A stretch of DNA of 13,289 bases from Azolla caroliniana (taxonomy: Eukaryota; Plantae; Polypodiophyta): contig JBHGNT010000967.1 in assembly GCA_043228905.1 (NCBI GenBank), positions 1 through 13,289 on the forward strand. The letters are read 5' to 3'. This document shows, in pieces, positions 1 to 10,520 of the stretch; position 1 is the stretch's first letter; each line of letters starts with the position of its first letter. The notes under the pieces are model-generated. The model saw nothing but the letters and a program-made list of their open reading frames with translations, searched no databases and was not told where the DNA came from. Position numbers and translations under genes: made by a program.

Positions 1-90
1 AAGAGGGAAAGAAGGCATGATCGAAGGAGAAGGGTTGCTTTCAAGTAGTTTTGGTGCTTCACTATGGGTGACACTTTCACAAACTCATGC

Positions 91-264
91 AGAGGGTGAG
101 AGAAGGGATGATTATCACTACTAGCTAGTTTGTGAGAGGAGCTCTCCATTGTGTGTCTTTCTTTCTTTCTTTCTTAGAGGGAGAGGGAATGGATGATGAT
201 CACTACGAACTAGTTGATGAGACTCCTGGAGCTCTCCATTGTGTCCCTTCCTTTCTTTCTTTCT
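91..264. repeat. About 85-bp diverged tandem duplication with (CTTT)n tails
   Basis: AGAGGG...GGATGAT.ATCACTAC...GGAGCTCTCCATTGTGT...CTTTCTTTCT at 91 and 176. Confidence 0.85.
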
Positions 265-382
265 ATTTTGTTGGTAGTAAGTGTTTTTGTAGTTAAAAAA
301 ATCCATGTGGATTCTCGCTTGGTAAGCACTCCTTAAAAAAAGCATTACACATGGCATACTATTTCCATGTAGGCATAAGAGG

Positions 383-451
383 ATGACATACTTGATCCAT
401 TCTTAGACCTTTGAACATGAGATACTTGATCCATTCTTAGACCTTTGAACA
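383..451. repeat. 34-bp near-perfect tandem duplication
   Basis: ATGA(C/G)ATACTTGATCCATTCTTAGACCTTTGAAC at 383 and 417, one mismatch. Confidence 0.95.
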
Positions 452-1029
452 GTCCTTTCCTCTATTTTATCCGTTACAACCACTTTGGAAAAAAAAACAA
501 ACCATTTAGTGCTTGTGTTTGTTGCTAGGCCGTGTCTTTCAATTTTTTATGTGCCAATTGCAATGTTTGTGTATGTGCACAGGCACGCATTCATGAGTGT
601 GTATTTTGTATGCATTGCTAAAGGCCCAACATGGATGTGCTTGTGGCCTCCATATGCATTCCTAAAAACCAGCCTACCTATGTCCATGCATATTATATAT
701 GTATTGCTAAAAGCCGAACCATATTGTTTTTATATGCTAATATGAGTTTGGCGATGAACAAGTTGTGGCCCATTGTTTTTGAGGTGATGTTATGAGATCT
801 AGTTTAATGTTCTTATAAAGGAGATGAGTTGCAACATGGAAAACCTCTAACTTATTGTTTGAGGTATTATTTACACGTTGGCTAAAACATTACCAAAAGA
901 TACTCGAACAAAATTGATAGATGTTGGGTTTGACTTTCCACCTTTCAAAAAGATTGGCACTTGGGGAGGAGCGAGATGAAAGCTACAGTCAAATGTCATT
1001 CTTCCCTAGATATGGCATACCCTATATGG

Positions 1030-1343
1030 ATCTTGATTCAAAAGACAATAATAACATACTGATTGAATAGTGTGACCAAGACAAAACAAAATCATCGAGT
1101 AAGATTGATTAATTAACAACTACATGTCTATGTGGTGGGGTCTCAAGGGATGATCATGTAATATAGTAACAAGGGATGCCTATTTATAGGCACATAGAGA
1201 TCATTACCATGAATGGCAAGATTACTTCAACCATTACATCTACAATTACTAAAGATTCAGGACAAAAAAAGTTGTAATTTAAAGACACACAATAGTGTTG
1301 ATTTAAGCACATCTAGAAACCTCATCAATATGCTTCATCAATA
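1030..1343 (-). mobile_element. Possible decayed LTR fragment
   Basis: Palindromic TATA context TGCCTATAAATAGGCA on the minus strand (1177-1192) and a TATTGATGAAG start at 1343 resembling TGTTGATG LTR termini. No TSD, PBS or PPT found. Confidence 0.22.
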
Positions 1344-2349
1344 TTGATCGGAATAGTTGTGATTTGATCAGGTTTTCTTCAACCCTACAAATTTGTTTTG
1401 GGTCCTAAGAACAACAGAACCAAGTCTCTCACCAACTACATTGAGATTCATCTTCACTAAGAAGGAAATTACCAACATCATGTGTTCAAACCCACTTGGA
1501 ACTATAGTACACGCGTGCGTTTTGCCCCCAACTTCCCATTTACAAGTCCTTGCAAAAAGCTTGATCTTACAAATCTTGTGATCTTCACAATTTTAGTTAA
1601 ATTCTCTCACCACATAACTCATAGGACAAATTTTATCAACCAATTTAAATTATTGTATGTGAATCATGTAGCAAGCTAATATTTCGAGGTGTTCAACACA
1701 AGACTCGTATATTAAAACCCAAACCAAAGAACCACATGATTGTTTAGCTACAATAGCAAATATCAATAACATTTGAAACACATGAATTGTAGAATTATGG
1801 CGGGCCCTGTTCTTGTTCCGAAGCATATAATTATATGCCTATATAAAACAATGACTTGATTTTAAGGACACTATCATCGATCAATTATATGCTAAAATTA
1901 CATGAATTATGGGCCTTCTTCCCCAGCATATAAACCTTCAATAAAACGAGAATCATCACGAAACAGAACGCTGCCGATTCAGCCGAAAATAAATTGGACT
2001 TCATAGTTGAAACACCCGGCATCAGAAAATCCAAAAATATGGGCAATAGTATTTCATAATATTTGCTCAGAAAATGTACATACATGAATTTTGAATCAAA
2101 GAATATTTATATAATATATATATATATCATATATGATGCCTCTAGCCTCACTAGATAATGAAGCATTCTTCATTTTCCTTCAAAATCCCTAACGAGCCGA
2201 AAGAGCTGGAGCAGGTCAGTTATCATATCATTCAGTTTCAGCTACAACAATGCCCTGCTGAGTCAAAATCATTAGTGTTGCGAGATATTGTGCCAAATCC
2301 AAATGGATCTTCTGTGCACATAAATTCATGTGTAGCAACAAAAACATCT

Positions 2350-2424
2350 TCATCTTGATTCATGAGAAGTGTGGATTGGTAGAAGTGGTTCCATCTCATT
2401 TCTAATGCTTATTTTATGAGCCGC
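2350..2424 (-). CDS. Coding exon 14 ([24 protein letters not shown]-stop)
   Basis: TTGTGCAG acceptor, PLLP tail motif as in homologues, TGA at 2350-2352. Confidence 0.87.
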   Translation of the reverse strand, partial: AAHKISIRNEMEPLLPIHTSHESR

Positions 2425-5400
2425 CTGCACAATGCCATTAGCTGATGTATAAGTATGGTGATAAACCAAAACAAGAAAACCCAAAAATACCAGTACTTTC
2501 AGAGACATTTACAGAACATCCCTGTAATTTTAAATAGTTACTAAAATACCCCTCTGTGGTAAGTGAAGTTTATATTACAGGAAGGCATCCTGGTAGTGTT
2601 TTAAAAAGTGAAGGGTCTCATCATCCTTACCTCTTCTGAAGCACCTGTAGCCATGTTTAATAAAGATGAGTCCTTTGTCCTGCAAGAATGTAAAGATCAT
2701 ATGATGAGAGATGGAGAGGAGATTTAAATTCATGTCGATAATCACAAGAAGCAGTTCAACCTACAGGTCCAACTACAGTATGAATGCAAGTCCAAAAATA
2801 GTACAATAAGAGAGTAAGAGAGAGGAGACATTTCACTTCATAGGAGTAACCCCAAAAAACATGCATTTCTAACTTAAAAGTATTATAGAACAGTTTGCAA
2901 ATGTTTCATGTAAGAGAAACAGTCTCAGCACACAGCATTCTAAGATTTGGACACAGATGATAGCCTACTTGATAAACTCCCTCTAGAAAGACTTTTTATA
3001 TGAAGCAGCCCATTTCAGAATATGTGCATATTATATCTATACAACGGTAAAGATGTTTACATTGTGTTCATTTCACCATCCAATGGATGTTGGTCGGACT
3101 CCTTATCTTTTGGTTTCGAGAGTGAGGAGAAGAACTGCAACCAGGAAGCAATCCAATGATGGAGGTGGTCATCAGTACACATTCCATTTTAAATGCAATT
3201 ATAATATTTTCCCAGCACATATAAATAGCATCCTGTATTCCTAACCTGATGCATCGATATGAAGACAATTGAAACACCAAGAATGAAATTAATTGTCAAG
3301 GTGTGTCCAAAGAGAGCTGCAGATGCCAACCCAGTAAAGATGGTGGCGACAGTTGAAGAGTATTTCTTTAAGATTGTATCTGGTATTTGATAAAGAAATT
3401 CAGTATTAGTATTCTTGATACCACAAAAAACATTTTCAGTGCGAAATAGTGTTTCTTGAGGAATGCAAATATTATTGTTTGCTTCATTCAATACCGACCA
3501 AAAGTTCAAATGAAGGTACTCTTTAAATGTACTTGACAACTCAAATAATTTTCACAGGTTCTATGTAATCAATGTTTATCCACAACCATGAACTTGATCG
3601 ATTTCGTAATAACTCTATCTGATATTCCAAGCCACAAGACATTTACATAGTCAAATTTACACTTTAACTGAGACTGGAACCATTGCAACATCAGACTTAT
3701 TATAACAGATCCTCAAATTTATTGAAAAGACAAACTCACACTCAGAACTTCCATGATAGATTAACTAAAAGAGGTTGAGTCATACCAGCATATTTGAAAA
3801 AGAAGGATGAGAGTATTCCTTGGGCTGCATTGTTAAGGATGAGCAGCATTGTGGCTTTGGAATGCCCATGAAAAACATCAAGGTGGTTCCCTCCTATTTA
3901 ACATAATTAAAGTAGGCATTAAATTAATCAATAACATCATGCTAGAAAGCCCAGAAAATACTTGTTATAAGATAAAGCCAGCATATGAAAAATGGTCTAA
4001 GAATTAAATATTCAAGGGTAAATACAAATGCCGGTGTGTCTCCGTCATTGCATGATCTTGAGTCTCCAAGAAATCAAATATGAAAGTGAGCCCTTAAAAT
4101 GTTTTATTGAACAGAGAAATGCCTATATTTTTCTTATATTTATGCGTATTAGTCATGTGTGAGGCACACACTTCTCTCCCCAGTTGCCAAAATTGTATAT
4201 CATTTATCCACCTGCTCTTGTATGCAAGAACATAAGGTCAACAGAGTACAGTTCCAAAGGGAATAGGATCACCAATACTCGTCATTTGTTCTCAAAAGAC
4301 TTTACTTAATCACTCAACTATATATAGAGTTTTTTTATATGAAACTCCCACTAGTTCAGACCTGAATATATCACTAAATTGGCATGTGCAAACACATGTT
4401 GGCAACAGAATCAGATAGAAGTGCTACATGAGGTGAGGAGTGAAACTGAAATCCAGCAGATCCCCAGCCCGGTTCCCCAACACTGAAGATTTTCCCTGGC
4501 CAAACTAAGACAATAGCCAGTGTAACAGCACATGTTCATGGGAATATCAAGGAATCTCGCTTTAGAGCTACCCATTGCATGCTCAAAGGAGACAAACTAG
4601 AAAGGAGGGGCCTATATAAGGTGCACTCTTGGGAGATGGCATAAACAGAGCCGGCCAGTGGAATTGAACCAACTGTTTGTGTACGTCAAGGTACGGAAGC
4701 TCTCCAGGAGCTTCTGGATCTTAAAGACTGATATCATCCTACGGCTGTAGTCTGGCGCACTATATGTTGTTATCCACTGGCATGCTCAAAGAAGACAAAC
4801 TAGAAAGGAGGGGCCTATATAAGGTGCACTCTTGGGAGATGGCATAGCCGGCCAGTGGAATTGAACCACCTGTTTGTGTACATCGAGGTACGGAAGCTCT
4901 CCAGGAGCTTCTGGATCTTAAAGACTGATATCATCCTATGGCTGTAGTCTGGAGCACTATACGTTGTTATCCACTGGCAAATGCCTGTGCGGCTGTCATA
5001 ATCATTCCTTCTCTTTTCTTGTGTGAATTTTGTTTTGATCACCACTGTAGCTGTATCTATACTGTTCCCATCATCTTGTGATTTGTCTTGCCGAATGTCC
5101 TCTTCCTATTAACATGCATGATTTTTTTCTCCTTGGTCTTTTATACAGCAAGGCCTTATATAAGCCAAATAAAGATATCAGAAGTACTAATATTACCATA
5201 TAACTCGAAAAGAGACAGGGAATCCTCTATTTAATAAAAAAAATCATTAAAGATGTGCAAATCAAAACACAATACAAACCAGAATGACAGGCAAAACATT
5301 GCATCTGCGACATACATGATCAGTGCCCAATAATACTTTAACTCGTATACCAGCATTTATTTCTTGTAATCCTAAATGTGCAAATCAATCACTGAGCTTA

Positions 5401-8400
5401 TACCCTATATTCAAAGAGTATTGATATTGAACATCTAATACCCAAAATTAGGAAACTCTAATTTATTAATGTATCTTATTATTTTCTATGAGCATCTCAA
5501 GTACACAGTCAATTAGAAAATAAACACACACTTCTTGTAATAACTGAAGATGCTGTAAATGTTCGAAACCTTGAAAAGCTGTTGTTATAATAATAGCAAT
5601 GAGGTTGAATATTGCACCATAACCATATAGAAACAGATTCTGCAGAACATAGGAGAATGAGGTCTTATGAACTTCTGTAGGTAACTTCTTACAATGACTA
5701 AACGTACAGTAGGAAACTTTACATAGCCATTACCTGTAGGTATATGCTTGTATCAAACTGACTCTTTAAGGCATACTCATTGAATACAGATGCTAGAGAT
5801 GGCACTGTGATCTACAATACATTCAAAGCATCTTTAACCACTTGAAACAATATGCTACCGAACGCGATAGAAGAGGGTTTAGGGTTGCACTCACAAAAAA
5901 TAAGGTGTAAATATAGGCACCAGTTGCTTCTGGAAAACCGAAGGTCGTGCCTGTAGGTGTTGCTCGCAGCTGATTGACACTGATTCCAATCAATAGAAGC
6001 CCTAAGGCTTCCCACTGTTTAATTAAATAGGGTAAGTTCAGGGCAAGATTTGATATTTTAACAAATCATATAATCATTTAACATTTAACATTTAACATTT
6101 AACATTTACGCATTTTCATTCTTTAGCATCACTGACTAAATAGCTTGAAGAACTACCTAGTAAAAGGCCAATTGAAACTCTCATCATAATTTACGAAATC
6201 TAAATTCTGTTTCAGATCACTATGAATCTTACGGCCTACATAGAATATGATGATTTGCACAAATGGATCTGTGAATACTGTATCAAAATACAAGTGACGA
6301 CCTTTGAGATAATTCAACAAGTCTCAAATTTCGAAGGATCAACATGTTGCACATGCATTGTGTTAATTTGCGTATGTGTCTTAATCAGTCTTAATGCTGT
6401 ATGAATATATCTTTGAAACTGCCAAATATTTTCAGATGGCAATTTCTTTGAAAGGAAGTTCTTCGTCTAAAAACTGTAATGTTTATATATGAGGATGATC
6501 ATAACAAACCTGCATAACTGTGAACTGGCGTCTCATTATAAATTTCAGTAGCAATGCTATCACAAGCACCTATCAGACAAGAAATTAAGCCAGATTTTAG
6601 ATTCTTCATTAAATATGTTAAATTTCAAATGAATTGAACAATTTGTTGAGCCATGCCTTCAAGTTACTAAGCATTTTCGTGGCTGCTGGATTGAAATAAA
6701 GCTGCAGAAAAGACAACAAGAAAACTGAGTTGTGTTAATGAGAACAATTGGAAGCCCACAAGGCAGAGCAAACAGTGGCAAGTACCTGCATAACAAACTT
6801 AAGGTAGTTGTTGATTGCATATAGAAAAGCTGGGACAGCAAGAAGATAATTCAGTCTTCCGGCCTGAAACAAGTATGCACATTCTATGCTGAATATATGT
6901 CACTGCTTTCAAATGATTTGAATAAACATTAACAATAATATTTTTGGCAGCTACTGTTGTTCCTCTTGCACAATGACTAATAATCAACAAGCTAATCATG
7001 GTATTCTACAAGTTTGTTACAACCTTTTAGAAAGTTTCTCATTTATTTGAATAAACAGCAATAATACTATTTTATGGCAACCAATTTCATCTCTGGCACT
7101 AGGAATACTCATGGAGTAATAAACAATTACTGTCGGCGTTGCAATTATTCAGTAGATAAGAACATAAATTGAGACAATAAACTTAGACAGCTGCCCATTT
7201 AATGACTGTAAAATTGGAATGGCTCAATGGCTTGACAAATTAAATTTTAACACAGAACTCCAGTTTTGATAATCACATTGATTCTTTGATACACTTGCTT
7301 TCCAGATTACCAGAATACTCAACAGTCGATCACTATCTCAGGAGCAATTAATACTCCATTGGACACATTAAGGGTACCAACAATCCAAGACAAATGAGCA
7401 ATTCTGGCAATAAATGCATCGTTATGTCACCTGAATTATAGAAGGAAGTGAAACTAATGCCTTTTCTCCAGGTCTTCGATTCCGAGTCTGATCCACAAGT
7501 TATTTCCATCAATCAGCATGTAAAATAAGTTCATTAGCACACTATTAAACTCACAAATAAAAACATATACATCATCCATATAAAAGAAAAAACCAGCATA
7601 GCTAAAGCAAGAAGCAATCATCCTAGACCTTAGGCATGGATGCCTTACACACAATCGAGAAGCAATCACTAAAATCAGCATGTGGCCTGATTCTTAAGGA
7701 AGAACGGAATCACAAGATCCATGGGCAGACGGGAAACAATCTGCAATTTATCCCCTCAGGAAGTGACTTAACAAAGAAGAGTTTATAATGGTTATGAATA
7801 GCTTCTGCTGCAACAAGCATGGCTTCTGTATTAATTTATCCCCTAGGAAAGTGACTTAACAAAGAAGAGTTTATAATGGTCATGAATAGTTTCTGCTGCA
7901 ATAAATACGGCTTCCATAATTCTATGGCAAAGGTCATTGACTCTATAACAACCCAATTTCAGCTAAAGAGAACAGGGAAAGTTCAGCTCAAGCTGTAGAA
8001 GAGTGTGAGAACAATCACATAAACACAAATGAAAGAGTTTTTACAATTCATGACCTTTTGCCAATAATTTAAATAATCAGCAGAAACCTTAAATTGGTAA
8101 GTGTAAGAAGTTAGAGAGTTTGGAAGCTTCTTTTAAAATCCCTCCCATGATGGAGAAGGTTGGAAGATTAAATGGAAATGGTCCTAGTAGTTCAACCATG
8201 ATGCAGCAACCATAGGAAGATCACCCTAGACACTACAAATCTCTGGGTTTTCTCACCATAAGGAAATGAGTGATAATTTTGCTGAAAATCATTTCTCTAC
8301 AGTTTCTACAGTTTCGCTGCTCATTAAAGAGCATGTTTCGATGTCCTCTTCAATAAAAGATATGGTTATAACTGTACCAGTGTTCCACAAAAACTGAGTA

Positions 8401-9586
8401 AACATACTATATCCATTGAAAAGATACTCTAGTCACCTCTATTAAACATACAAGCAAGACAGATTTCCACTTATTATATGTTATTTTAACTACAGCTGTC
8501 TGGCATACAAACCTGAAAGAGCAGCATAACTATCGTCACGATAACTTTCGCCAATTCAGTAAGGAAATTCACACTAACGGGACTGAACAGAAATTTTCCA
8601 TCCACCTTTGACATGTAAACTAAGATGGGCTGCAAAAAAATGTGATATAGATGTTACCAGGTTGACAAGAATTCAAAACAAATAAATTTGCACTCAGTGT
8701 TATTGTTCAAACATTATGACCAATCAGAATAAAGGGCCAGGCTCTCTTGTGTCCTAATTACATATTAACAACATAAACGTGATTGATTGAGCAAACATGT
8801 GCAAAGGTAGACTCCTAATATCCCACCCAACCATATATTCCCATAACAGAGAGTCATCAGCTGTCCCATGCTACATCCAACATCATTGAGCTTATACCTC
8901 AGTATTGGTACGCACATCACAAAGAGAACCATGCATACAGGTAGCAACACTTGCATACAACCATGAGTTCTAAACCTGCCCAAACCATGCATAATGGTAG
9001 CAACACTTTTATATAGCCATGTGTCCTTAGTCTGTCCAAACCATGCCCACCTAGGCCATGGCCAGGCAAATTGTTTTGAAAATTTTACTTGAATGAGTGT
9101 GATCACCAAAATGCATTAGAAATATTTAATTGACACCTGAAGAATTGAAGATACAATGTGATCTTGCATGCTTTCAAGTTATTACAATGTTTTCCACTAT
9201 GGATCTGCATTTAATATCCTTTAAAACCAACAATTGATAAGGTGCTTCAGAAGATCCCAAAATAATTTTACCATCAGGATTCTCAACCTAGTAACTTCCT
9301 TAAAATTGATCCATACATACTACGGGCATAAAAATGTTCCACTATTGAAGTGCTAACAAAACAGACATTTTTGAACCTTACTTAAGTTCAATTTGTAAGT
9401 ACAATTAGGCAAAAGTTTCAAATTTCGTACCTGGATACCAAGCAAGCAGCAATCTGAGACCACTAGAATGATATTGAGAAATCTTCTCCTTGAAGACATG
9501 TCATTTCTGCGTAGATCATAAGATTTATCATATGCCTTTGAGACAGCCCGTCCATTAAGGGACGAACTGTTTCCAACATTCTTCAT
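2350..9586 (-). CDS. UTR6: CMP-sialic acid transporter-like nucleotide-sugar transporter (SLC35A / Nuc_sug_transp family), 14 coding exons, 406 aa; join complement 9431-9586, 8513-8629, 7431-7487, 6786-6863, 6657-6701, 6510-6569, 5895-6014, 5734-5811, 5570-5639, 3786-3893, 3246-3379, 3061-3134, 2631-2679, 2350-2424
   Basis: The manually spliced ORF is 1221 nt with consistent phases and no internal stop. Twelve introns are GT-AG and one is GC-AG. Peptides [87 protein letters not shown] and [33 protein letters not shown] match my recollection of Arabidopsis UTR6 / CMP-sialic acid transporter 2/3. The symbol indicates homology, not verified orthology. Confidence 0.95.
2631..2679 (-). CDS. Coding exon 13 ([17 protein letters not shown])
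   Basis: TTCTTGCAG acceptor, GAG|GTAAGG donor. Resembles the SFINMAAGANEE tail of homologues. Confidence 0.88.
3061..3134 (-). CDS. Coding exon 12 ([24 protein letters not shown] + AT)
   Basis: TTGCAG acceptor. The AT|GTAAAC donor gives the phase 2 needed to join exon 13. Confidence 0.82.
3246..3379 (-). CDS. Coding exon 11 ([45 protein letters not shown])
   Basis: ACCAG acceptor, CAG|GTTAG donor, 134 nt. Visible in ORF 3189..3539 and completes the KYAD-ILK motif. Confidence 0.96.
3786..3893 (-). CDS. Coding exon 10 ([36 protein letters not shown])
   Basis: AATAG acceptor, CTG|GTATGA donor, 108 nt, phase 1/1. Confidence 0.94.
4397..5114 (+). mobile_element. Possible solo-LTR-like insertion in intron 9, antisense to the gene
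   Basis: TGTT...AACA ends, CCTATATAAGG TATA-like box (duplicated), pyrimidine/T-rich 3' part and raised GC relative to flanking intron. No TSD found and boundaries are uncertain. Confidence 0.3.
4577..4979. repeat. 203/197-bp tandem duplication in intron 9
   Basis: Copies at 4577-4779 and 4780-4976, with 7 substitutions plus one 6-nt indel. GCA occurs at all three junctions. Confidence 0.95.
5570..5639 (-). CDS. Coding exon 9 ([23 protein letters not shown] + G)
   Basis: TTCTGCAG acceptor, AAG|GTTTCG donor, 70 nt, phase 1. Confidence 0.93.
5734..5811 (-). CDS. Coding exon 8 ([26 protein letters not shown])
   Basis: TTGTAG acceptor, CAG|GTAATG donor, 78 nt. Confidence 0.95.
5895..6014 (-). 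CDS. Coding exon 7 ([40 protein letters not shown])
   Basis: AACAG acceptor, TTT|GTGAGT donor, 120 nt. Confidence 0.93.
6075..6108. repeat. (CATTTAA)x~5 microsatellite in intron 6
   Basis: Read directly from the sequence. Confidence 0.9.
6510..6569 (-). CDS. Coding exon 6 ([20 protein letters not shown])
   Basis: GATAG acceptor, CAG|GTTTGT donor, 60 nt. Confidence 0.93.
6657..6701 (-). CDS. Coding exon 5 ([15 protein letters not shown]), followed by a GC donor
   Basis: TTTCTGCAG acceptor; ends AAG|GCATGG; 45 nt; includes the conserved SNLK motif. Confidence 0.9.
6786..6863 (-). CDS. Coding exon 4 ([26 protein letters not shown])
   Basis: TTTCAG acceptor, CAG|GTACT donor, 78 nt, carries the VPAxLY family motif. 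Confidence 0.95.
7431..7487 (-). CDS. Coding exon 3 ([19 protein letters not shown])
   Basis: ATCAG acceptor, CAG|GTGAC donor, 57 nt. Aligns to the GEKPLLS loop of homologues. Confidence 0.88.
7745..7920. repeat. 88-bp tandem duplication in intron 2
   Basis: AATTTATCCCCT...GTGACTTAACAAAGAAGAGTTTATAATGGT... at 7745 and 7833. Confidence 0.92.
8513..8629 (-). CDS. Coding exon 2 ([39 protein letters not shown])
   Basis: TTTTTTGCAG acceptor, CAG|GTTTGT donor, 117 nt, conserved family peptide. Confidence 0.95.
8927..9046. repeat. 56-bp tandem duplication in coding intron 1
   Basis: AACCATGC at 8927, 8983 and 9039. GGTAGCAACACTT is shared by both units. Confidence 0.8.
9431..9586 (-). CDS. Transporter coding exon 1 ([20 protein letters not shown]...[10 protein letters not shown], 52 aa)
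   Basis: ATG at 9586 lies 11 nt after a TTTTCAG acceptor and the exon ends CAG|GTAC. The upstream spliced frame has a stop (TAG at 10678-10680) and no intervening ATG. Confidence 0.9.
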
Positions 9587-10520
9587 GTCTGCAAGATCTG
9601 AAAAGACAATGCCGATTCTTCAGATGTCAGGAATCAAAGAAATATTTTCATTCGAGATCGGTGAAACAGATCAGGAATGTCTGTAATGAAAGCTGCGAGA
9701 TCGAGGAAGAGAGGGCAAGATTTAGTCAATCTACAGATCCACAGTATGTTTCATCTTAACCATCAAGTAAATATGTGATATTGTGGACAAACAATAGGGA
9801 TCTAAGAGCTGTGATAAACATTGACAATGTTGAATACGACATAGTCAGATCACAGGAAATTTAGATGATCACAAGCTCAGTGCAGCTTCGAGCTGAATGA
9901 TAATACAAAGGTGAAATTTTTTATTTGTAATTGAGGGAGATTGCAAGACGTGTGACAAGAGATAAAAAAAAATGCCAAAGATAAAGATAGCAAGAAGCAG
10001 CAGAATTTAGTCGAAGATTTACAAAAAAAAGAGAATACAGAAAAGAATTTCCAATCATTCCTGTAAGATATCTAACACAGGTGAGGATTTCGATGATTCC
10101 GATGGCAAGATCAAGAAGGAGAACAAAATGAATTTACTCAATGATTTGGACTATAGATATATTTAAACACTTCTTGCACGACCAAGTAAGGATGGGTGAT
10201 AAAACCCATCCATAGGAAGCTAATGGGATCCTTGACAACAGATCAAGAAATTCGGTGATCAAAACCATAAGATCAGTCGAGGAGGAACTGCGATAAATTA
10301 GTGAATGATTAGGGACAATGGACAGAGATGCACAAAATGGACTCGAGCTGAAGGATCAAATAAAAGATGTGATATTGCGCCCTGAAAGGTAGGGACTTCT
10401 GAGAGAGCTCGCAAGATCACTGACACGGATCAAGACTGCGAAAGGACGAAAAAGAGACGGCGGGGAGGCATCCAAACGTTTCCGATGATGATCTACTGCA
10501 GATCGTGTGATGACATTTAC

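Noticed and set aside
121-2085. Short ORFs downstream of the gene (121-357, 485-745, 1393-1679, 1885-2085)
   Set aside because: Low-complexity or repeat-derived, with no recognisable motifs or splice-supported structure.
3189-3539. 116-aa ORF as a standalone gene
   Set aside because: Only 3246-3379 is coding (exon 11). The rest is intron read-through.
4815-5045. 76-aa ORF in intron 9 as a nested gene or extra exon
   Set aside because: No recognisable domain and it lies in a duplicated repeat. Exons 9 and 10 join in frame with a homologue-like sequence without it.
5875-5886. Telomere-like GGGTTTAGGGTT in intron 7
   Set aside because: Under two repeat units and not in a promoter position; compatible with chance.
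8765-9109. 114-aa intronic ORF
   Set aside because: It overlaps a 56-bp duplication, has no recognisable homology and is not needed for the gene model.
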